NCBI GenBank assembly: GCA_951406725.2
Contig: OX597823.1
Location: 57,598,001 to 57,662,000, forward strand
Length of the DNA stretch: 64,000 nucleotides
From: Octopus vulgaris
Taxonomy: Eukaryota
Direction: 5' to 3'
In this document: one piece after another, positions 54,112 through 64,000 of the stretch
Numbering within the stretch: position 1 is the first letter of the stretch
Layout of the letters: each line of letters opens with the position of its first letter
Program-made: the position numbers and the translations under genes
Notes under the pieces: model-generated
Seen by the model: the letters and a program-made list of their open reading frames with translations, nothing else
Databases searched by the model: none
Told to the model about the DNA's origin: nothing

Positions 54112-54176
<65 letters not shown>

Positions 54177-57100
54177 TAATAGCAATAATAACAATAATAA
54201 TAATAATGAGGATGATGATAAATATCAGTAAGGGGGTGGGATGTACAATGAATAATTTTTACTGCATTTCTTATTGTGAGAAAAGTTTTTTTTACAAATG
54301 TTAATTACCTTACAAAAACCATACCAGCTAAGCAAATAACCTTCTCTGAAAGCACTATAACATATTCAGAACACTATTTCAGATAATTATCCCCGTTCTC
54401 TTTGAGCATACAGAAGTCAAATTAAGTCGGAGAAAAATGAGTAAGAATCAAGTAAATTTCTTCATTTCTCCAGAATTACATTAGAGAAAAAGGCTCATAC
54501 ACATTAATATCCATCCGTAGACATCAGAAAGATAATGCAACAAAAACTTTAAAAATCTCGGTCAAATGAAAGAGGATCATGGAAAAATGGTACTTGATAT
54601 GAAATTAATGAAACTGTAATAAATCTAAAAACTTAATATAAATTATTCTCTGTAGATTGTTTACAATCTTCGGGAATGGCTCCCAATATATTTACGCACC
54701 ATGAAGTAAAAGAGAAGAAATTATTGAAATTGGTCAGTACTCATTTTACCTCAACTTAAATTTATTTTATGAAAATCGGAACCAAATTAAACATTAGTGT
54801 GGAACAAAATTGACTTGGAATCCAGCAGAGAAAAAAATTTTGATTGTTAAGCACCAAAAATTATTGAAATGTTTTATTAGCAAACTCAGTTATAATCGTG
54901 ACAATTTTAGGGAAAATTTCTTGAAAAAAATTATCTGTCCCCTGTCTATGCTTTCAGTTTCAACAACCATGTTGACCATTTTTTACTCCCAAAGATGATG
55001 CAACGTTAAAAAAGGATGCGGCAATACTTGCAATGTAAAGGTTTCAAATAAGTTAGGAGGAAATAACGAAGAATCAGAAGTTACTAATTTTGCCCCACTT
55101 GGTGTATTTAATCTTCTCTACCAACTTACCTCCACGACAGAGTTATTAACATCGTCACCAAAATCCCAAGTGTTCAAAAATTCGCTGTTTTATGCCTCTG
55201 AACTATGTGTACTGCCTTTCTTATTATACTCTTTTACTCTCTTTTACTTGTTTCAGGCATTTGACTACGGCCATGCTGGAACACCACCTATACTCGAGCA
55301 AATCGACCCCACAACTTATTGTTTGTAAGCCTAGTACTTATTCTATCGGTTTCTTTTGCCGAACCGCTAAGTTACGGGGACGTAAACACACCAGCATCGG
55401 TTGTCAAGCGATGTTGGGGGGGGGACAAACACACATATATATATACATATACATATATATGACGGGCTTCTTTCAGTTTCCGTCTACCAAATTCACTCAC
55501 AAGGCTTTGGTCGGCCCGAGGCTATAGTAGAAGGCACTTGCCCAAGGTGCCACGCAGTGGGACTGAACCCGGAACCATGTGGTTGGTAAGCAAGCTACTT
55601 ACCACACAGCCACTCCTGCGCCTATTACCGGTAAGTGTCGATACAGAAACTAATTTTGATTTTGGTAATGTACAAACATCATCATCACTATGTGTAAAAA
55701 AAAAAACCAAGCAAACATAGAGCTGGATATTCAAAAGTGCTTACAAGGTAGAAATTGAAAATCATAGATATGCAAATCCAATGTTTTGCTGAGGTATTCA
55801 AATCTCCAAACATTCACATACATATCTTGTTTGATATTGAGTTCCCTGGTTAATTCAGAATATCCTGTTATGGACCGCAGCTATACTGCATTATGGATAG
55901 ACGAAAATACTCCGAAGAAATAGCCAGCTACTTGTTTATTCAAATATCAAATATCCTACACAAATATCCAGTTCCCAGGATATTCACACGATGTAATATC
56001 TGATAGAGATATTCAATCCACGCTATATTCAGATATACTATAACCAGCTGAGATATCCAGATATGTTATATCCGGTAGAGAAATTGAACTACCTGTGATA
56101 TTCATATATGCATGAAAAATAGAAAACTGTATATGCATGTATTCATGAATGTACGTATGTATGAATATATGTGTGTATTTGTGTGTGTGTGTGTGCGTGC
56201 GTGATTGCATGTATAAGCTCTAGAGATTGGATATTCAAATTCTCGGTATTCAGAGAGTTTATATCCAATATGGGCTTGAGTTTTCACATTTGCCAGCTGC
56301 TGTTTAGTTAATAAAATCGACAATCATACTTAATCTGTATTCATTTTATTAAATATTTTAGTAAAGGTGCTTGCCAAAAACGTTGGTGTTTGTGGTCACA
56401 AATTTAGGTGGAGACGCACAAATATGTGCGAATTCTGGCACATCAGTCTATGAAACAAGCACTCTTGCATTGCTAGATGTGTCTTCGGTGGTGCTCTAAC
56501 CAATTTAGATAAGTTTAAATCGTAAATCAAGCCCGGGCATGGCTATCTGGTGCTTATATTAAAGAAAAGTGGCTACAGTTTTTCTTCTGAAGTTGGATCG
56601 CTATAAAATACAGTGGCAACATATTTGGTTGTCAAACAGCTACCTAGCAGAGACCTTTTGCTTCGTGCACTCGATCAACCGCACACTCATTTTTCTATAT
56701 GACTTGGTACTAGAAACTTTACTCTGGAGATTGGAAAAGTAGAGTACCCTCTCTAACAGGACGACACCAGCATCGTATCATTGGACACATCGAAAATTGA
56801 GATGGTTAAAGCATGTTGTTGTTGTTACTTCCTGGTTCCCTGAGAAGTAAGAATCTATTTAGTTTGTAAAATTTCAGTTTAAAAAGAGTTTTAAGAAAAT
56901 AAGCTATTTCCAGTTGACAATTTTTTTTTATGTAGGCTGTACCCATGAGAACAAGCGTTTGTAGTTCTAGTACTTCTGGGTTTCCTGGTATTTGGCCATA
57001 AGTGTTTCAGAGAGCCATTTAGTAATGTCCTGAAAGCTTCTATGATCATACGTAGTTCTTAGATGCCACATTTCTGAGACCTCCATTCGAAGATACTTAT

Positions 57101-57325
57101 ATGCACCTAAATTTTCAAATATTTTTTACAGAAGTATCCTAGTCTAACGGGGGGTGGGTGACATATCTATGAGTAAACATGTTTTGTCAATGTAATATTT
57201 TTACCACAATATCTGGTCTATTGGTCTCTATTGTACGATCAGTTTGAATGCCAAAGTTCCAAAATTCCAAAGAACGATGACATCTATAGTTTCTTACTAC
57301 TTTGGCATCCACCTGTTGTTCTCAG

Positions 57326-57370
<45 letters not shown>

Positions 57371-57396
57371 GTTGTTGTTGTTGTTGTCGTTGTTTG

Positions 57397-57427
<31 letters not shown>

Positions 57428-57464
57428 TATCATTATTAATATTATTATATTATTATTATTATTA

Positions 57465-57526
<62 letters not shown>

Positions 57527-57529
57527 CAT

Positions 57530-57894
57530 ATACACTCAACAGATTAGACTGTTGGAAAAGAAAAGAATCTTCATATTTGGGCTACAACAAGTAGCCTTAG
57601 ATTCCAAGAACCCTCCTAATATCCTAGCTCCTAAGTCCCTAATAACACTGTTTCTGGAGCTGCCCTAAACTGGGTTTTTATGCTTATTTCTTCTATCCGT
57701 CTGTTCAGATCTTTAGGATTAGTTCTCAATGCACCTATAACTACTGGGATATATTTTATCCGCACTTTCCAAAGTCTCTGTAATTCAATGGCTAGGTCCT
57801 GGTACTTTGATATTTTTTCTGTACTTCTCATATTAAATTTTTTCATCATTTGGAACTGTAAAGTCAATTATCTGGCACTTTCTATTGTATTTAT

Positions 57895-57897
<3 letters not shown>
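57530..57897 (-). mobile_element. R4/Dong-type retrotransposon 3' fragment
   Basis: DKYNRKCQIIDFTVPND and EKISKYQDLAIELQRLWKVRIKYIPVVIGAL; followed by (AAT)n. Confidence 0.87.
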
Positions 57898-57952
<55 letters not shown>

Positions 57953-58011
57953 CGCCGCCGCTGCTGCTACTGCCGCCGCCGCTGCTGCTGCTGCCGCCGC
58001 CGCTGCTGCTG

Positions 58012-58064
<53 letters not shown>

Positions 58065-58218
58065 GCTACTACTACTACTACCACCAAATCAGGCCTTCTA
58101 GCTTCTATTATTCTGTCTGTCTATCTGAATCTTAAAATCCTGCATCTTGTATATCTTACTTCCTAGTATTTTTATTAGGTTCATGTTCATACCACATTTG
58201 TTATTATTATTATTATTA

Positions 58219-58274
<56 letters not shown>

Positions 58275-58523
58275 TGGGCGGCAAGCTGGCAGAATCGTTA
58301 GCACACTGGGCAAAATGCTTAGCGACATTTCGTCCGTCTGCATGTTCTGAGTTCAAGTTCCGCTGGGGTTGACTTCGGCTTTCATTCTTTCGAAATCGAT
58401 AAAATAAGTACCAGTCGAGCATTGGGGGTCGATGTAATCGACTAACCCTCTCCCACGAAATTGCTGGCCTGGTGCCAAAATTTGAAACCATTATTACTAT
58501 TATTATTATTACTATTATTATTA

Positions 58524-58590
<67 letters not shown>

Positions 58591-59330
58591 CAGTGTTGCT
58601 TTTGCTATTGCTGCTGCTGCTGTTCTTGTTACTGTTGTTATTATTATTCATAGTTATATTTTTTATTGAACAACATATATACGAGAATAATTGGAAATAT
58701 TTTCTGCTTTTATCATGGAAATAAACATATTCAAATGCATTATTTCAAAACTCATTTACAGTTCAGTGCTTCTCTCTTCATGGTCATTGTATTACAACGA
58801 TCGTATTTGTAGCCGATCTAAAAATGCATGAGACATTTGGCAACAAATGGATGGAAACCATTTTTTTTTTTACTGCTTTTATTTATTTATAATATTCAAC
58901 AAAAATCTTTACTTTGTTCATTGGCGGAACTAGTTGGAATATGTCCATCTCCAGTAAAATGGTTTCGAACAAATAAAATAAAATAAAATAAAAACGAAAG
59001 AAAATAAATAAATATATAAAATTAAAATTATGAGAAAAAATTTTTTTTAAACAAATAGTAATACTAATAATAATAATGATAAATAAACTAACAATAATAA
59101 ATCAAAACACAATTTCACAATTTTAGTTTGCGGTTATGGCTTCTTTTCAATTTCCTTTTTTCTTTCTCTTGTTGTTTCCTTGCAAAATTTTGTTCGTCAA
59201 AAACTTTCCATACTTCCTTTTCCATTTCATACACGCTAGGTGTATGCATGCATGAGTGTTTGTATGTATGTATGTATGTATGTATGTATGTATGTATGTA
59301 TGTATGTATGTATGTATGTATATATGTATG

Positions 59331-59411
<81 letters not shown>

Positions 59412-59588
59412 ATGTATGTATGAATGTATTATGTATGTATGTATGTATGTATGAATGTATGTATGTATGTATGTATGCATGTATGCATGTATGCATGTAT
59501 GTATGTATGTATGTATGTATGTATGTATGTATGCATGCATGTATGTATATATGTATGTATGTATATATGCATGTATGTATCAATGTAT

Positions 59589-59622
<34 letters not shown>

Positions 59623-59775
59623 TGTATGTATGTATGTATGTATGTATGCATGAATGTATGCATGTAATGATGTCTCTATATGAATATATGTGCGTATATA
59701 TATATATATATTCGTATGCATGTATGTGTACATACATGTGTATATGTAATTACGAAGTTATTATCATTATCATCA

Positions 59776-59806
<31 letters not shown>

Positions 59807-61164
59807 GACCATCATCATTCAAAAATTTTCCATTCAATTTTTACATTCATTTATTTTTGTTCATTAATATTTTGGTTTTTCATTTTATTTATATTATTAT
59901 TTGTTTGTTTTTTTTCAGTCTTTTTTTTCTTCGTTTTTTTTTTTTCACCCAGAGATATAATGTCCGGTTTATAGTTCCGACAATATACTACGAAAGTTAT
60001 GCATCAGTATTTGTGCTATTAGAAACCAAATGTGTCCGGCAGATAAGCTTCTAAAAATTGTTCTCAACTCCTAACATCACCACGACATCACATTCATTCC
60101 TACCACTATTACCAGCACTGCTGCTGCCACCACCATCACCACCACCACTGCCGCCACTGCCGCCGCCGTCGCAATCAGAGCCACTGCTATTACCGACCAA
60201 ATCCATTCAGAAATGATATACTGCCAAATACCGTAATTACGTATCTGAAGAAAACCTAATGCTTTATATAGAAAGGACAAACACACAGAGCATCAGAAGC
60301 ATGCAGTGCAGCTGACCGAAAGATTTTTGATATCCACATAATGGAGAGCTGTCAAGCTCACTTCTATAAATCTTACAATTTTGTTGGCGTGAACCCAAGA
60401 CCTGAGTAAGCTGAGATGGGATTGAACCTGTTTTCTCTCCGCAGTCGACCATATCACACCAACCGACCAACCCATCGTTGACTAATATCGTTATTCTCCA
60501 TCGTATATTTATTTAGTTAGTGTGTCACGCCCTGTGTATTAACACCTATGTATATCATTAATACTAACTTACCTGAAGTTAGCAGGAGGCTCGCACCTTT
60601 CATTCACTCCATTACATTGTTACTGGAATGTGACCATACTGGAGCATCGCTTTGAAGAGTTTTAGTCGATCAAATCGAAATCCACTCGGTATTTTTGTGA
60701 AGTATTATACTTTTTCTATCGATATATATTTTGTGGAATTTTTATGCTAAGGTTAAATGAACAAACACCGGTTGTCAAGCGGTGTCACATAAAGACAAGT
60801 TCCGGATAGAAACACACACTAGAAAATAGACACAGATATGCAAGTGCGTGCGTACACACACTCTCTCACACAGATGCAATATTTTCGACGAGCCTACGTA
60901 GTTACTGTTTACTAAATTCGCTCGCAAGCCAATCGTTGGTACGCATTATGATGGACACTTGCCTGTACGTTCCATGCACTGAGACTGCATTTATCACGTT
61001 GTTTCCATAACTGGGGGTCTTGGAGATTTATGTAACGATTTTGCATCACCTGTATGGCTTACACAGGATGGGCCAAAAGTCACGCATAGAATAAGTTCAA
61101 ATACAAACCGGAATTGTCAAAGGAGTGCTTTCTTTTTTCTAAAATTCAATAAAATAAATAAAAC

Positions 61165-61433
61165 AATTGCAGCGTGGAAGGTGTTTGTAAGCCATTTAAG
61201 AAACACACAAAAGCCGTTCGATTCACTTCAACATTTAAGTTTAATTTGTCAGAATATTTTCGTCGCTTTAAGACCGCGACCTGTTCACTGACAAGCATGA
61301 TTTTTGTCAGTGAACAGGTCGCGGTCTTAAAGCGACGAAAATATTTTGACAAATTAAACTTAAATGTTGAAGTGAATCGAACGGCTTTTGTGTGTTTCTT
61401 AAGTGGCTTACAAATACCTTCCATGCTGCAATT
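61165..61433. repeat. Near-perfect palindrome: 130-bp arms (61165-61294 and 61304-61433), 9-nt spacer, 4 mismatches
   Basis: Manual reverse-complement alignment. Confidence 0.97.
61303..61353 (+). ncRNA. Minimal hammerhead ribozyme, G3:C8 core variant (mirror copy on minus strand at ~61245-61294)
   Basis: TTTGTCA-GTGAACA-G-GTCGC-GGTCTTAAA-GCGAC-GAA-AATATT-T-TGACAAA: 7-bp stem I, 5-bp stem II, palindromic stem III. Confidence 0.7.
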
Positions 61434-62634
61434 ATTTTCGTTTCAGCACACGATCTCAGATCAAATCACTTGCTATGCAAGTACATCTCCGTAAAATAAA
61501 ATAATGCTATCTACATACGTACTTCTACATGATGAACAAAATGCATAATAATAACAAAATTATATTAAATAAAATGAAACACGTTGTAGTGCGTGATTTC
61601 TGGCCCAACTTGTATATGTGAAGATCGCGAGGGCGCATGGCCTGGTGGGTATGGTGTTGCACTCACGATCGCACGTTCCTTGTTCAAATGCCTGGACCGG
61701 TTGGTGCGTTGCGTTCTTGACGAAAATATTTTGACTTACGCTGCTCTGTGATTACGTCGACATTTGACATAAAGTACACGTTCCACCTATTCCAGTAACG
61801 TCGATCTGATGGAGAGAGTCAGCAAATATACAGCACATATATTTGATCATTATACGTAAGCAAATGATATGTGCTGGTTGTTTCAGCAAGACATTGCAGA
61901 ACCGTCTTCCCGGACTACTATCATACGCGCAGGAGTGGCTGTGTGGTAAGTAGCTTGCTTACCAACCACATGGTTCCGAGTTCAGTCGCACTGCATGGCA
62001 ACTTGGGCAAGTGTCTTCTGCTATAGCCTCGGTCGACCAAAGCCTTGTGAGTGGATTTGGTAGACGGAAACTGAAAGAAGTCCATCGTATATATGTATAT
62101 ATATATATGTTTGTGTGCCTGTGTTTGTCTCCCTAGCATTGCTTGACAACCGATGCTGGTATGTTTATGTCCCCGTCACTTAGCGGTTCGGCAAAAGAGA
62201 CCGATATAATAAGTACTAGGGTTACAAAGAATAAGTCCTGGGGTCGATTTGCTCGACTAAAGGCTGTGCTCCAGAATGGCCGCAGTCAAATGACTGAAAC
62301 AAGTAAAAGAGTATATGTGAAGATTATAGGATTTGCTGATGAAGGTCGGAGTAAGATCAAAATTAATCTAGATTGGAAAATCATAATAATCATTGGATAA
62401 TTTCACTTTTCTTCTTTTTACTCTTTGTGCATTTATTATGATAACACAAACTGCATTATTATTTTTCATTGGGATGTTGATCTTGAAACATTCAATCTCT
62501 AAAAAATATATATTACACTCACGTATGTGTGTGTGAGCGTCTGTGTTTGTGTGAGTGAGTGTCTGTGTTTGTGTGTGTTAGTGCATGTGCGTGTTTTTGT
62601 TTGTGTGTGTGTGTATGCATATGTGTTTTGGAGT

Positions 62635-63016
62635 GGAGGCGCAATGGCCCAGTGGTTAGGGCAGCGGACTCGCGGTCATAGGATCGCGGTTTCGATTCCC
62701 AGACCGGGCGTTGTGAGTGTTTATTGAGCGAAAACACCTAAAGCTCCACAAGGCTCCGGCAGGGGATGTGGTGATCCCTGCTGTACTCTTTCACCACAAC
62801 TTTCTCTCACTCTTACTTCCTGTTTCTGTTGTACCTGTATTTCAAGGGGCCGGCCTTGTCACTCTCTGTGTCACGCTGAATATCCCCGAGAACTACGTTA
62901 AGAGCGCACGTGTCTGTGGAGTGCTCAGCCACTTACACGTTAATTTCACGAGCAGGCTGTTCCATTGATTCGGATCAACCGGAACCTTCATCGTCGTAAC
63001 CGACGGAGTGCTTCCA
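62635..63016 (+). mobile_element. tRNA-derived SINE family C, full-length with TSD
   Basis: Box A TGGCCCAGTGG, box B-like GTTTCGATTCC; TSD ATATGTGTTTTGG at 62619-62631 and 63018-63030. Confidence 0.9.
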
Positions 63017-63583
63017 TATATGTGTTTTGGTGTGTGTGTCTGTGTGTATGTCTCTATGTGTGTGTCTATGTATATTATATAATATATTGATATAACTGAA
63101 TTGTATGTTTATATGTGAAGGCGCATAGCTCAGTGGTTAGAGGGTCGAGGTTGAGAGATCGAATCCCGGACCGGGCTGCGTATTGTGTTCTTGAGCAAAA
63201 CGCTTTATTTCATGTTGCTCCAGTTTATTCAGCTGTAGATATGAGTTGCAACATCACAGGTGCCAAGCTGTATCTGCTGTTTCCTTTTCCTTGGATAACA
63301 CTTGTGGCGTGGAGATGAGAAGCCTGGTATGCATGGGCGACTGCTGGTCTTCCGTAAACAACCCTGCTCGGACTTGTGGCTGGAAGGGTAACTTTCTAAG
63401 TGAAATCCCACGCTCAGTCATGACCGAAGGGGTTCTCAACAGCAATATATATGTTTATATATATATCATTTATAAAATCACACACACACATACGCAAAGC
63501 TCATTATTAATAAAAGAATGTTGAATGTATCGAAGACTGCTGCTAAATAGACCTAACATACATGTACACACTTATGCTAGTAA

Positions 63584-63614
<31 letters not shown>

Positions 63615-64000
63615 CGAGCAAATAGGTGTTTTTATGGTTTGCTGTTTTTTATAGTAGTTGGTGTTACTGCTGGTCCCGTTGTTGTTGTTGTTGTTGTTGT
63701 TCAGTTCAAGACACTCCACCAATGACTATCCCCAATTTTTTTTTGTTTTTTCCTATCACCAGCAAACACATGGCCGCATTATATCTCATATCTTGTTCTA
63801 GGTTGTTCCCTACTCTTTTCTTCAATGATCTGTGACGGGAGAACATAGATAGGGCGGGAATGTACACGACAGCAAACTGGTTATATTTATCAGTTGATAT
63901 AAATCCACTTATTTCACAAACACAGCTATAACAATCACGTGAAATGCAATAATGAATATCTCACGTCGCATTCATTATATTTTATTTTTCAAATTCAGAC

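Larger units (their letters stand above)
61064..61612. mobile_element. Tc1/mariner-type MITE hosting the palindromic insertion
   Basis: TIR CAGGATGGGCCAAAAGTCACGCA (61064-61086) vs reverse complement of 61590-61612 (19/23 match); TA follows the right end. Confidence 0.7.

Noticed and set aside
59950-60450. Strong plus-strand acceptor followed by His/Cys/Pro-rich frames
   Set aside because: All three phases stop early; the region is degenerate triplet repeat plus a probable antisense SINE head.
61146-61494. Two near-identical ORFs on opposite strands
   Set aside because: A direct consequence of the palindrome; no protein motif.
62635-62710. tRNA gene-like sequence (also 14790, 1855, 60400-60475)
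   Set aside because: Box A/B motifs run into SINE bodies with TSDs; no complete cloverleaf or terminator.

Overview
AT-rich, microsatellite-saturated animal genomic DNA. The SINE families and repeat landscape are typical of an octopus (coleoid cephalopod) genome; this is inferred, not database-checked. No intact, recognisable host gene is visible, and almost all ORFs in the track are translations of (CA)n, (TA)n, (CATA)n, (AAT)n or (CAT)n tracts. The window is mostly decayed mobile elements: at least six tRNA-derived SINE families (several with clear TSDs), 3' fragments of six R4/Dong-type RLE retrotransposons mostly in (AAT)n tracts, a Tx1-type LINE end in (TATC)n, RTE and CR1 remnants, a Penelope GIY-YIG end, a Tc1/mariner transposase relic, and hAT, Tc1 and pogo MITEs. 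The most notable signals are: (1) a 269-bp near-perfect palindrome carrying two divergent minimal hammerhead ribozymes with a compensatory G3:C8 core, plus several other Penelope-type minimal hammerhead variants; (2) a SINE 3' tail matching the Tx1 LINE 3' end; (3) an unclassified ~560-bp structured element with no tRNA head that ends in (AAT)n; (4) a tentative minus-strand micro-exon gene for a small secreted acidic peptide. Boundaries of degenerate elements are approximate.
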